From: Octopus vulgaris
Taxonomy: Eukaryota
Direction: 5' to 3'
Length of the DNA: 64,000 nucleotides
Assembly (NCBI GenBank): GCA_951406725.2
Contig: OX597825.1
Location: 30,256,001 to 30,320,000, forward strand
The position numbers and the translations under genes were made by a program. This document shows, piece after piece, positions 13,024 to 27,093 of this stretch. Numbering within the stretch: the first letter of the stretch is position 1; every line of letters begins with the position of its first letter. The notes below the pieces were generated by a model, which worked only from the letters and a program-made list of their open reading frames with translations, had not been told where the DNA came from and did no database searches.

Positions 13024-14518
13024 CGTCGGTGGCACATAAAAACACCATCCGAAGACCCGGCAAGACTAGTCAGGCCATGCCCCAACCTGGGACTCTGTGT
13101 GTGTGTGTGTGTGTCAATGGAATTTGTATCTTTATGGTACCAGTGCCGTTGGCACACAAGAAAACCATCCGAACGTGGCCGTAGCCAGTACCGCATCGAC
13201 TGGCCTCCGTGCTGTGGGCACGTAACAAACACCATCCGATCATATCCGTTCGCCAGCCTCATCAGGCACCTGTGTCGGTGGCACATAAAAACACCATCTG
13301 AAGACCCGGCAAGACTAGTCAGGCCATAACCCGTGGCCCCTACCTGGGACGTAGTCAGTCCGCCTGTGCATACCTTCCTTCTTGTGACACTTGTGAAGAC
13401 CTGATGAGGCAAGTGATCAAATCAAAACAAATCAAAATAGATGAACATCAATGGAATTTGTATCTTTGTGGTACCAGGGCCGGTGGCACACAAGATAACC
13501 ATCCGAACATGGCCGTAGCCAGTACCGCATCGACTGGCCTCTGTGCTGTGGGCTCATAACAAACACCATCTGCTCGTGGCCGTTCGCCAGCCTCATCTGG
13601 CACCTGTGTCGGTTGCACATAAAAACACCATCCAAAGACCCGGCAAGACTAGTCAGGCCATAACCCGTGGCCTCTACCTGGGACGTAGGCAGTCCACCTG
13701 TGCATACCTTCCTTCTTGTGACACTTGTGAAGACCTGTTGAGACAAGTGATCAAATCAAATCAAATCAAATCAAAATAGATGAACATCAATGGAATTTGT
13801 ATCTTTGTGGTACCAGTGCCGGTGGAACACAAGAAAACCATCCGAACTTGGCCGTAGCCAGTACCGCATCGACTGGCCTCCGTGCTGTGGGCACGTAACA
13901 AACACCACCCATCTGGCACCTGTGTCGGAGACACATAAAAACATCATCCGAAGACCCGGCAAGACTAGTCAGGCCATAACCCGTGGCCCCTACCTGGGAC
14001 GTTGTCAGTTCACCTGTGCATACCTTCCTTCCTTCTTGTGACACTTGTGAAGACCTGTTGAGGCAAGTGAAAATCAAATCAAATCAAATCAAAATAGATG
14101 AACATCAATGGAATTTGTATCTTTGCGGTACCAGTGCCGGTGGCACACAAGAAAACCATCCGAACGTGGCCGTAGCCAGTACCGCATCGACTGGCCTCCG
14201 TGCTGTGGGCACGTAAGAAACACCATCCGATCGTGGCCGTTCGTCAGCCTCGTCTGGCACCTGTGTCGGTGGCACATAAAAACACCATCCGAGCGTGGCC
14301 GTTCGCCAGCCTCGTCTGGCACCTGTGTCGGTGGCACATAAAATCACCCACTACACTCTCGGAGTGGTTGGCGTTAGGAAGGGCATCCAGCTGTAGAAAC
14401 ACTGCCAGATCTGACTGGCCTGGTGCAGCCTTCGGGCTCCCCAGACCCCAGTTGAACCGTCCAACCCATGCTAGCATGGAAAGCGGACGTTAAATGATGA
14501 TGATGATGATGATGATGT
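13024..14518 (+). repeat. Tandem array (~318-339 bp unit, ~4 copies) of an RTE-type 3' UTR segment ending in a family-D (GAT)n tail
   Basis: TCAATGGAATTTGTATCTTT recurs at 13114, 13448, 13787 and 14105; single terminal tail at 14340-14518. Confidence 0.9.
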
Positions 14519-15134
14519 ATGTGTATATATATATATCATCATCATCGTTTTCCATGCTAGCATGGAAAACGGACGTTAAACGATGATGATGATGATGATA
14601 TATATATATATATACACACATACATACGTATATATCTGTTTGCTTGTGTTTTTGCTTTTTGTGTGTGTGTGTGTGTGTATGAGTGTGTATATTTGTGTCT
14701 GTTTGTTTTGACATTGTGTAATAGTTGTAAATGAGTATCATTGTCATACAAGCAATGTCCATCATTTCAAGTCTTCTGTGGAAACATGTCTGGCCATCTG
14801 GAAAAATATTACCTTGCTTGGAAACAGGTGAGGGTTGGTGACAGGAAAGGAGTCTGGTTGTGGAAAATACACCTTGGTAAACTTTGTCCAACACATGCAA
14901 TCATGGAAAACGTACATTAAAACAATGACAACAACGATGACAATGACAATAATGATGATGATGATGATGATGATGACATTGCTTTGTAGTCAGGATGTTG
15001 GACTCATGACCATTTGATTCATGGTTCAATCACAAGGCTTGGGCTGACCTGAGGTTATGGTGAAAGACACTGGTCCAAGATACTGCCATACATTACGATT
15101 GAACCTGAACCATATAACTGTGAAATAGCAGTTG

Positions 15135-15468
15135 TGATACCTGCGCCGGTGGCACATAAAAACACCATCCGAACGTGGCCGATGCCAGTGCCGCCTTAAC
15201 TGGCTTCTGTGCCATTGGCACGTAAAAAGCACCAACCGATCGTGGCTGCTGCCAGACTCCCCTGACACCTGTGTTGGTGGCATGTAAAAATCACCCACTA
15301 CACTCATGGAATGGTTGGTGTTAGGAAGGGCATCCAGATGTAGAAACACTGCCAGATCAGACTGGAGCCTGGTGCAGCCTCCCGGCTTCCCAGACCCCGG
15401 TCGAACCGCCCAACCCGTGCTAGCATGGAAAACGGACGTTAAATGATGATGATGATGATTATGATGAT
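15135..15468 (+). mobile_element. Family D RTE-tail element
   Basis: GTTAGGAAGGGCATCCAG..GTAGAAAC...GCTAGCATGGAAAACGGACGTTAAAT(GAT)n; further copies at 26390-26860 (+), 36880-37140 (+), 57990-58310 (-) and 59946-60390 (-). Confidence 0.85.
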
Positions 15469-16024
15469 ATATAATCATATATGATGGGCTTTTATTAGTT
15501 TCAGTCTACCAAATCCACTTACATGGCTTTTGGTGAGCCCAGGACTATTAATCAAAGAACTTGCCAAAGGTACCACACAAAACCATATGGTTGAGAAGCA
15601 AACTTCTTACTAGTAGGTTTATTCTTAATTCCATTTTCTTTATCTCCAAGTCTGTCCTGTGCAACAAATAAATTTGCTAGAAAGCTTGCCAACTGTGACC
15701 TTAGTGCCATTTATTCAGACATAGACTAAGAAGGACTAAATTATCCAAGATGTCCTTTCCTTTTTTTATAACGATGTGATGCTAATGGAGGGAGATTTGG
15801 CTACTATTTTTTGGCAGGTTAGACAATCACAAACAGGTTTCTGCAAAGTGTTCTACAATCAATATACATTCTCTCTCTTACATGAGCCATACATACATAC
15901 ATTATATTTAAAATATTTTACATTTCTTGTCATCCAACTATAAATCAAAACTTGAAAATTAGTTTGTTGTTGAAGTGTTTGATAAGAATAAAAATCAGAT
16001 ATTTTCTTAACTTGCAAAAAATAA

Positions 16025-16072
<48 letters not shown>

Positions 16073-16572
16073 GTGTGTGTGTATACATATATATGCATAT
16101 ATATATATATATGTATATATATATGTGCGTGTGTGTGTGTGTGTGTGTATACACACACACACGCATATATATATATATACATACACACACACACACACGT
16201 ACACACATATATATATTTTTTTGGTTTTTACTTACCTAATGTGTATGTGTATGTAAACTATTTAGCAAGGAATGCTAAAGAATTTTATACGATCTTATTT
16301 TTTTTACAAAATTCTTAAGTTCTGTGAATGTTTGTGAAAATTAGCTCTCACACAGCTTAACACTGATCTCTACCGTTGATAGAAGTATGTGAAAGGATAT
16401 GTGTTAGAGTAGATATTTCTAGCTGTAAATATATAATCTGTTAGATCAAGGTGCCAAACTACATGTTGCTCCTATTTTCTTTTATGTGAAGAAGAAGAAG
16501 ATTTGGTCAGGAAGAAGCGAGTCAAGCAAATGTCTTTTACATACTCTCCAGCATTATTGAAATTGATACATC

Positions 16573-16975
16573 TCTTTTACTCTTTTACTCTTTTACTTGT
16601 TTCAGTCATTTGACTGTGGCCATGCTGGAGCACCGACTTTAGTCGAGTAAATTGACCCCAGGATTTATTCTATCGGTCTCTTTTGCTGAACTGCTATGTT
16701 ATGGGGACGTAAACACACCAGCATCAGTTGTCAAGCGATGTTGGGGTGGGAGACAAACACAGACACACAAATATATACACACTCACATACATATATACAT
16801 ATACATATATACGATGGGCTTCTTTCAGTTTCCATCTACCAAATCCACTCACAAGGCTTTGGTCGGCCCGAGGCTTTAGTAGAAGACACTTGCCCAAGGT
16901 GCCACACTGTATGACTGAACCCAGAAGCATGTGGTTTGTAAGCAAGCTACTTACCACACAACCACTCCTATGCCT
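16573..16975 (-). mobile_element. SINE family A
   Basis: Reverse complement of 1003-1532; similar minus copies at 34635-35099, 46470-46868 and 47280-47670. Confidence 0.9.
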
Positions 16976-17680
16976 GTTGATGATAATGATGATCATGCTG
17001 AGGTTGACATTCGTTTTTATCCTTTCAAAGTCCATTAAATAAGTACCATTTAAGTTCTGCTGATGTTTGAGTTTGAAAGCACCACATGTTGCATGTTTTT
17101 GATTGAAGTACTCTTTCCATGCGATGATAACTCCATGTATTTCCTGCTTCATATCCCCATTTCTGACAAGCCTTCAAATGTAAAATTTTCACAAATTCAT
17201 CATACCTCCATTTTGAAGAACAAAATAGTATTTCATTCAATATCGTTCCTCTTCCTCTGTGATGGTATTAAGCAACTTTCAAGACTTTTAAAAAAAAACT
17301 ACCTTAATTTTATTTCTCATAGCAACTTGCCTGTCCCCTTATCAAAGCTTACAGGCCTTATCCAATGTGAAACATCGTACAATATTTTGCACATCTATCA
17401 ACTAATATCCTAGATGTGGTAGAAGTATTTTGTCGTGGATCTGAGTAAGGTCTGTAACTAATTTCAGTTACTCACACGCACCAAAAAACTGACCTTGCCT
17501 TTACTGATGCCATGTAAAAAGCATTCAGGCCACTCTGTGGAATGACTGGTGTAAGGAAGAGTGTCCAGCTGTAAAAACTATGCCAAAACAGACAGCAAAG
17601 TATGGTGCAGTCTTCTGCGTAGTCAGTCATTCAACCCATGCCAGCATGGAAACCAGACACCAAATGATGATGGTGATAAT

Positions 17681-17741
<61 letters not shown>

Positions 17742-17748
<7 letters not shown>

Positions 17749-17839
17749 AGGAAAGACTTAATCAATACATAAAATTTTAATAAAAAGTCCAAAAATTTTA
17801 TTAAAATTTTATGTATTGATTAAGTCTTTCCTTGTTTGT
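17742..17839. repeat. Perfect 44-bp inverted repeat with 10-nt spacer
   Basis: 17742-17785 is the exact reverse complement of 17796-17839. Confidence 0.95.
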
Positions 17840-17957
17840 TTTGCAAAATAGTGGTTTTGTCTCTAATTAATATTATATAATATTTTACTATAAAATTGGA
17901 TTTAATCCTAAATCGGATTTTTTCCCTGTAAATTTGGATTTATTCCCTAATATTTAT

Positions 17958-18012
<55 letters not shown>

Positions 18013-20639
18013 GCCATCTATACTCTTTCCCATAACTTAGCGGTTCAGCAAAAGAGACTGATAGACTAAGTACTAGGCTTACAAAGAATAAGTCCTGCTG
18101 TTGATTTGCTTGATTAAAGGCAGTGCTCCAGCATGGCCACATTCACATGACTGAAACAAGTAATAAGGTAAAAGAGTATTTTGACAGAAAAATAGCGATG
18201 AAAGGGTTAATTGTTATTTTTTGCTGTTTGATCCATGATTCACAAAGAAATTTTCAGTATTCTGATGCGAGGTGTTTAGTTGAAGCATGGAACTGGTAAA
18301 CAGTAAAATGTGGAAAAGCTATTTGCAAAATAAGACACAGAACACAGAGAATTAGTCTTCGAAATTGAACCAAACAGAAATTAAGAAAACCAGGAGAAAC
18401 AACATCATGAGTGCCTCCCAATGATATCAGCATCAAAGAACACTGGAAAGAGCACAGTCTGTGTGTATTTTTATTCAAACAAAATGCAAGGTGATTGTCT
18501 TCAAAGCTTTGGCTGCAGTAGAACATCAGATTGTCAAAAAAAGCAACAACCAGGCAAACTTTGAAGTTACCGCCTCTCGCGATTTGTTTGAATAAAATGT
18601 TTACATCAGTATTGACTTCTTTGTTCATTTATGTTACTTGGTCTTAAGGCTTCTTATAAACACACAATTCAAGTATATTTATGTGTGTATATGGAGCTTA
18701 TGGTATATTTTATTATGCCGGTGGCTTTAGTTATCTTAGTAGATGTTAAGCACCACTCCAATCTTCTCTAAGTAAGTAGGATTTATTTGAGAATGACACA
18801 TCTCATAGATAAAATTTTTCACTTGTGCTACAGAAGCTACAATGATCCCAAGGATGATCTCAGAGTAGGAGTAAGCTTTAGAGCCTGCTTTGCTGACAGA
18901 GAGTTGAAATGAAGGAGACAGCGAGAAAGAAGCAGATGGAAAGGTAAAACAAAGGTGTGGGAAATAAATTTGGAATAAGATATAAGTTGAGAGTAAGGGA
19001 ATTAGTCAAACAGTAATTCTGTATAGAGATTCTGGTGCAACAACCTAGATTGCTATTTGTTAACATAGTTTAGACACCAGTTTCAGAATTTTCTATATAT
19101 CACTTTTAAACACTCTATTGTGTTCTTACTTTTGATACATGCTAATTCCCAAACCGGAATCAATCTGACAAACAAACAATGGAAACAGGTGATTTTTCAC
19201 ATGTTCACACAAGCAATCAGTATATGACTAACAAATTTTAACAAACGTGTATAAGTTGGAAGTCTTAGTGTCCGAACACAAGCACATTGATTTCTTAGTA
19301 AACATGTTTTACATAATGAATTACATCAGCATAAATAGACATGTCTGCCAGAACAGTTAAAGATATTATCTCTGTCATTAAGTGACTTTTGCCAGAAGAT
19401 GTGATAACTTATCGCGAATGTTTCTTTATGTTGTTGTTGCTGTTGTTGTTACAACTACTTATATTGTTGTTGTAAATACTATATATGTTGTTGTTGTTGT
19501 TGTTGTTGCTGTTCCTGTTAACACTACTAATGTTGTCGTCTTTAGATTTTTTTTCCTTCTTCGGTTTTGATCATGTCAAATGATATCAAATAGACTTAAA
19601 ATGGTAATTGATTACACCAAGAAGCACAGATTGGAATAATCAACTTATTTAAAGTACAAACAGTCATAAAAATATTGATTCCTTTTTTTTTTTTGCAATG
19701 CTTTTTTTTTTTTTACACAAGCATGATGACAAATTTTCGTACCAGACAAATTGTCTTCTATAAAAATGTAGACCTGGTACATAACTACTGCCACATAAAC
19801 CAACAAACTTGATCAACAATTAATCTTGTGTTTATCACAAATAATAGACACTTTTGTAATAGAAAATAACATTGAACCATGAAGATTCTGTTTAAAAACC
19901 TGAATCTGTTTATAATTCTGTTGAATAGACTTTGACAGTAAATTAGTTGTGTAATCAGGAACTTGGTACAAAGGCAGACGTGTTTGAGCATCAAACAAAA
20001 TTTCGGTAATGTTCGGTCACTTCCTTTATATATTTTGAGTTCAAATCCTGATGAGTTAAATATTTGCCTTTCACTGTCCCAAAATTACCAAAAGCAGACA
20101 AGTGCTGGGGTTGATTTAAGAACTCTTAATAAACGATTGTAAATGGAATTATAAGAGATGTGTAAGAGTATTGTGTAAATAATAATTTCAAACTAAGTAA
20201 ATGAAAGAATCTAATGCTGAATTCATGCAACAAATATTAAATGAAGATTATTATTTTAAATGTATGAAGAGACTTGATACTGAGGGCAGAGGGAGAGATA
20301 AATTTATTGTAAGATTTGTGTTGATTGAGCCTTTAAGTTTTGCCTAACAGCTTATTCAACTGGCTTAGTTTCTTGTTTATATTTGATGCATGTTATTCAG
20401 CCAGATTGCTTGAAGGAAATTTGTAAGATATAAAAAGGCAACTTTTATCCAAACACTCACAAAATCTATCCCTAAACAAATTGTATAGCTCTCAAAATAT
20501 CTTCATGATGTGAGCCATTGGAGGAGTCTTTCTGTAGTTGATTAACCTAACAGAAAGCAGACATAAAATGATGAGAAGAAACAGCAAGAGAGGAGGAGGA
20601 GGAGAAATAAGAGGAAGATAAGGGTAAGGAGGAAATTTG

Positions 20640-20812
20640 ATAAGGAGGAGAAGGAGTTAAAGACATTGGACATGGAGGGTAAATGGAAATTCCTATGGGA
20701 CAGCTTACTGAGTGCCACAGACCAAATCTGCAGCTGGTGCAAAGTCCCTTCCAGACCTAGAGTAATGTGGTGGTGGAATAATATGGTAGACAAGGCCATT
20801 AGAGCAAAGAGG
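20640..20812 (+). mobile_element. RTE-type LINE ORF fragment (EN-RT linker)
   Basis: WKFLWDSLLSATDQICSW...RVMWWWNNMVDKAIRAKR resembles the RTE WWWNEEV..AI..KR motif. Confidence 0.6.
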
Positions 20813-22090
20813 AGGAAGCCAGTCTCCAACAAAGATACAAGGTTCCATCTTTAGGATGTAGTCAACACAGACAAATTCACATTTGGAACCTGAGAAAAGT
20901 CTAGTATATTTTTACTGTTTCATTAACAGATTGCACTTGTAATGTATGTATTAGACAGTCAATTTCTCTTTCTGAAAATCCCAGTTTATCCAGATTCTCC
21001 TTTAAGCATTTACTAACAGAACCTAGTGCTCCAATTACCATTGACATGAATATGAATTCATAGCCTTGCAATCACTTTGACATCTGATGTGTTGCACACA
21101 TGTGCACCTGTACCAACAATGTCGATTTTGGGGAGAGAGTGAGATAACACACAGCACAAACATTTGATCTCCACACACATTGTTTAGCGAAAATGTCTGG
21201 AACTCTCCATCTGTTGTCTATAACAGGAGAGGCCATCATAAGTATACATTTGTATATATAGGTATGTATATGGGGGATTATAATTGTGCGGGTACATGAA
21301 TGTTGATATTCCATGCTTTTTTTTTCCTGTTGACCAAAATGGTTCTGTTGCTAAATTTCTTGTCAGTATTTTGACCAGTCATTGTACTTTCTAAGATCAC
21401 TGGAATACAAGAAAACCTTACTTGAAATAGGTAGGTGTTTGGTCATATTTGGTCATAAAATCGTGCCCCATATAACTAACTCAACATCTAAATCCATGGT
21501 AGCATGGGAAAAAAATGGACATTAAATGAATAAACAAATAATAATAATTCTAATAACTCGGAAATTCTATGGGGGCTAAACAATACTGTTATTAAAAAGG
21601 GGCAGCTACAATTTTCTTTACAACAGTCAACAAAGCAGGAATTCATAAGGTTCACACAGTTTATTATCAGAAATTCTATAGCTACGATGCCTAAATGCAT
21701 ATACAGCAATCACAGTTTATTAATCAGAAAGAGATTTCAATAATTATGATGCATCATATTAAAAGCTTTTTGAGAATGTCTTGCAGTTCTTGAAGTACAC
21801 TTGAAGAAATGTATTTATAAAGATATCTAAGAATGAGGTCAATGGCACTGAACACATATAATTCAGCTTCTGATGTCCATAAAGGATAAATAAAAGGTTT
21901 AATGCCCCCACCCCTTGTATTTCGGTAGTTTATTGAAAATAACTAATTTTACATTTGGCCAAGGGCTAGGCTCTTGTTTATTTAATTTACTTCTCCAAAT
22001 TGGAAGATGCACACATGCCAGAACTCATATTCACAAAGATAGTTAATTGCATATATAAAAATAAGCATTTATGTATGTATTTATGTATAT

Positions 22091-22129
<39 letters not shown>

Positions 22130-22315
22130 GATATATATATAAAGATAGATAGCTATATGAATATATGTAAGTGTGTATATATATATATATATATATATAT
22201 GTGTATGTATATATATATATGCATGTACATATGTATATATATGTATGTATGTTTTTATATATGTATGTATATATATATATGTATATATATATGTGTATGT
22301 ATATATACGTATGCG

Positions 22316-22350
<35 letters not shown>

Positions 22351-23869
22351 ATACATGTGTGTGAATGTTTGTGCGTGTGCACACACATATGTGCATGTTG
22401 TAAAAGCTTTTTTTATTAGATTAGTCGGAAAGAAGAGACTTTGAAAGCTTTTTGTGATTAATTGTCAATAGATAAATCTTATAATGCTCAATAAATTGTT
22501 TTGCCAGAGATCCTAAAATGCTGCTAAGTCAGTCCTGATTCTGGTCAGTGTGTATAGCAGACTAGAATGTTTCCTTGGAAATGCCATGTATGAGATTTGT
22601 ATGAGATCCCTCTATAACACACTTCAATTCTTTGCCCACAAACACGCAGTCTCTGCTCCCATCCTTTTCAACTACTATGACAGTGTTTGATGATCCTTAT
22701 ACATGGCTACTCTCGTACCAGCTTCTCTCATGTACTTCCTACTCACTTGTCTCTCTACCTTTCATTGCCTAAATTTTGTTCACTCACCCTCTTGACTCTA
22801 TGGCAGTTCCTTCATCCCTACAGCATAAACTATCTGGAATTTCTCCTCTGCCTGTTTTTACTGTGTGACCAACTTCACCAACTGCACAGGTTCTAAACAG
22901 AGGGACTAAGCCAAAAACGATGTGGCTGGGAAGCAATTTTCTTACCACAGTGCATGTTTATGCATGTACACACACACACACACACACATCATTGTATTGA
23001 CCAGACTATCATATGTTGCTATAGAGTGTGGGTCACAATATACTTTTTCACACTGTTGTAGGTTTCAAATGATGCCACCCCACTGGCTGGCTGGGGAGAC
23101 CAGCATTTCCTCTGAAGAGAATGCTAATCAATCTCAGGGTTACTCATCTACAGCTGAGAGCAGTTTTGAACCCGTTTGAAGAAGGGCTGTGATGGACTGG
23201 GGAAAAGGGTGAGAGTGTTGTATTGGACTAGAGAAGTCAGAAGGCCCATAGAATTTTCTGGCAATGTGGTACAAGCAGGGCCAGCATGAAGCCGATTAGA
23301 CAAATTGCTCCCAGTCGGGCCCCACACTGAGTGGGGCCCTGCACTCAAGAGGGCCACATTCTATACTGTGACATTTCATAAAGGTGGTCTCCCTGAAGTC
23401 TTTCCAAAAAAAAGAAAAAAAACATACTTTCTACATTTATCAACAAAAGTTATCAAAAAATAAACCCATTCATCCAAGACTACTTGGGTCAGCCACGGAA
23501 TTTGAAGAAATTTATTGTATTTCTCTCTCCCACTAAACACACACATACACGTGCACATGTGTGTATGTATACAATTCCTCAGAAAATAACGATACATATA
23601 CATATAATCATATACATAAATACAATATACAAGGATCCCCACCAAACCACTATCAAAAATAATTGAACTTTTAGCCATTAACCATTCTAGCCAAATAAAA
23701 ATTCAGTGTAAGTCTTAGTAAGTGTGTTCGTATGTTAAGCTTTTGAGAGTGTTTATGGGGATGTTTTGGTAAAATATGTGTGCGCCTGCGAGAGTATGTA
23801 TGTGGGTAAATTGTACGTGTATATGTATGCATTTGTATTGTGCGTGTCAGTTCTACTGTTAACATGGAA

Positions 23870-25092
23870 AATTCACTAAACAGTTACCAGGGTAGCAAAA
23901 TTCATGCAAGTGACAAGGATGTAGCAACCTATTCAAAGGTAGAAACTCTGGGTTAATGTGCAGTAATTTGTATAGTATAAGTAAATAAATGGAGCTGAAT
24001 GCAGGTGTTATTCAAATTCTTTTATTTTTGACATATGTTTCGAAGACAACATTGGATTTATTCCAAAGGAATAAACGGTGTAAAATAATGTAATCTTCTC
24101 ATCAAGAAAGAAAGAGAACTTATCTCAACAACAAGACATTATAACAATTTTGATGACTGCATAAATGATAAACAGAATGCTATTAAGTATTTTTTTAAAA
24201 ACTGTTAATAGATCTGATGTCAAAGGCAGACCATAGGAAGAGAAGGGGTAAAGAAATAATAAGTAGAGAACAAATAAAGAGGGATATATTGGTTGAAAAA
24301 ATGTTCTAAGGCTTTTTCTATTGAAGTAAAGTGCAAGGTGAACTAAATGTTCAAACTATACAGACTGATATAAGTCACTTATGTGAGCTAAAGGCATGTT
24401 TCTACCAGTGCTTACATTTGTAAGGTCGCTCTATAAGTGTGTTAACAAGGTGATTCTTAAAGAAGAGAATATGGAAGAGTTCAGAGTTGCAAATGTTACA
24501 AAATCCTTTGCCCTTGTCATAAGGGAAAGAGATGGACAGGATGAGCCTATCTCACTTAAAATTGGCGGTTCCTCTTCCCAGTTATCTAAGAGAATTTCCT
24601 ATCATTATTCTTCATTTAGGGATAGCAGTAAACGTTATCGCACATGGCTAAGTAAATTGGCTTGGTATCTTAATGACATCTCCAAGATCTACTACCCAGA
24701 TCTTGGAGATGAAGGCACTGGGGGTATGGAAGAGGTGAGAAGAGGGAGAATTAAAGAAGTGGACAGGGTCTGTGGATTTAAAGAAGAAAATCATGAGAGA
24801 ATAATCAAGAGGATGAGTTGAAAGAAGGATAACTAAAAGCTTGACAGGGGTATATTAGAGATGACAGACGTAAAGTGAAGGAAAGGATAAAAAGAGGAAA
24901 TGAAAGCGATGAAATTATTCAGTTGTTCATGGGAGAGGGTAGCTACTCTGATACAATCTTCTATGTATTGGTCATATAGCTCTGGGGTCAGTTCACTGAA
25001 CTTAAAGAAGATTTGGGTCTTGACACTACTAACAAATAAGCTGGTGAAGTTAGGGGCCCATTCTTATTCCTATAGCAACCCCAGATACCTGC
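23870..25092 (-). mobile_element. Rearranged Penelope-like element remnant (RT, GIY-YIG, pLTR)
   Basis: Minus strand: QVSGVAIGIRMGP/NFTSLFV...ELYDQYIEDCI (RT, ~24700-25092) and PYDKGKGFCNICNSELFHI...YKCKHW (EN C-terminus, 24375-24552); plus strand: IGGSSSQLSKRISYHYSSFRD...LSKLAWYLND (24558-24680); hammerhead at 24025-24110. Confidence 0.8.
24025..24110 (-). ncRNA. Decayed minimal hammerhead ribozyme motif
   Basis: Minus strand CTTTC-TTGATGA-GAAGATTACATT...AATGTTGTCTTC-GAAA-CATATG-TC; same family as 63698-63780; first core C mutated to T. Confidence 0.6.
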
Positions 25093-26228
25093 TACTATAG
25101 CCTCACAGGGTTTTACTCAGCCTGAGGCTATAGTAGTAGATATTTGGCCAAGGTGCCACACAGTGGGACTGAACTGGAAACATGTGGTTGAGAAGTAAGC
25201 TTATACATATATGTGTGTGTGTGTGTGTGTGCGTGTGTATGTGTGTGTGTGTTTGTGTGTGCGTGTTTGCATGTGTGTGTGTGTGTCTGTACATACACAC
25301 ACTCATATACATAGGGCATCCAGCTGTAGAAACTTTGCCAGATCAGATTGGAGCCTGGTGCAGCTATCTGGCTCACCAGACCCCACTCAAACCTTCCAAC
25401 ACATGACAGCATGGAAAGCAGATGTTAAACGACGATGATGATGATGACACATACTCACATAATAATGCACAAACACTTTCTGGACCTTACTTGCTTTCTC
25501 TCTCTATGTGTCTGTGTCTGTGTCTAAGTTTATATGTATATGTATATATATAAATATGCAGACAAAATCACATACTTATAGACACATAGAGATACTCACT
25601 TATGTGTGCTTCCCTGACACACAATATTGTTTTCTTTTAATTAGGCTAAACACCAATATATTTTTGAGAAGAAGTACAATAAATAGAAATTACATCCAAC
25701 TAGTAACCATCTTGTTCACTCCAGAAGGATTTGAACTTGGAACAATAAGAAGGGGTAAAGCCAAATTCAATAAACCCTTTAAGTCGCCTTGAGATTTTGC
25801 CAACTCTTCCCTCTAGACTAATTATTAATTTCCTTATTTTCATTAAAAACCTTTGACTCCAGCTGCCTCCTGTAAATGTATTTCCTTCACATGTAACTTT
25901 CCAATTAATTCAAGTTAATTAAATTTTCAGTTTAATGACATTGTAAGGAAATTATAATAATTGTCATCATTGTTAATTTGATGGAATGCTGGATATGGAA
26001 ATATGAGAGACTAAATTAGAACTGTGCCTCTCAACATTTAGTGTCCACAGCCTTGTCTCTATGTAATAAATCAATGTTTATATTTACTTTTATGCCCATA
26101 ATTTTGTGATTCATACTGCAAGAGGATTCACTCAACTCTTTGTCGTATGTGAGTGTTCCATCCATCTATCTGTCTGTCCGTCTATCTATTTGTCTCTCTG
26201 TCTCTCCCTCTTTTTCATTCTCTTTCTC

Positions 26229-26383
<155 letters not shown>

Positions 26384-26882
26384 ATATCACTGATGTGGTT
26401 GATGACAGTACCGCCTGACTGGCACTCATGCTAGTGGAACAGTAAAAGCACATCCATGATCATTGCCAGGGCCACAGATTATCTCCCATGCAGGTGGCAT
26501 GTGTAAAGTACCATTCGAGCATGATCGTTGCCGGCTTCGCCTACTGGTAGCACGTGATAAACAACATTCGAGTATGGTTGTTGCAAGTGCTGGTGGACTG
26601 CCTCCGTGCAGGTAGCACATAAAAAAAAATACCTTTTGAGTATGGTCATTGCCAAAACAGCCTGACTAGCCCTCATGCCAGTGTCACGTAAAAGCACCCA
26701 CTACACTCTCGGAATGGATGGCATTAGGAAGGGCATCCAGCTGTAGAAATTTGCCAGATCAGATTGAGCCTGGTGCAGCCTCCCAGCTCACCGGTCCTCA
26801 GTCAAACCGTCCAACCTATGCCAGCATGGAAAGCGTACATTAAACGATGATGATGATGATATATATATGCATGTATATACAT

Positions 26883-27093
26883 AAGGGTAGGCTGGAAAGT
26901 TCTTGGCTTTGAGTAAATGAAAATACAGGAGGATTGGTTAATTATGATTTTATTCAATATATTCCTCTCTCAGATTTACATACTTATTGCTGAGATCCTT
27001 CGATTTTTCTAAGCCCTGTAAAATAACTCAGAATGTCAGGCCTCCAATTGAGTGTTTCGTGATACCCTTAAAACCAGGAACTTGTTAGCTCTC
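26883..27093. mobile_element. Mariner-like MITE
   Basis: Imperfect TIRs GCTGGAAAGTTCTTGGCTTT / AAAACCAGGAACTTGTTAGC; no ORF. Confidence 0.5.

Noticed and set aside
13401-13407. CTGATGA in the tandem array as a retrozyme hammerhead
   Set aside because: Other units read CTGTTGA, and no stem II/GAAA/stem I arrangement can be built.
18254-18628. 124-aa minus-strand ORF
   Set aside because: No recognisable motif or splice structure; plausible by chance.
24396-24821. 141-aa ORF as a host gene
   Set aside because: Fortuitous fusion of antisense PLE sequence with an inverted GIY-YIG fragment.
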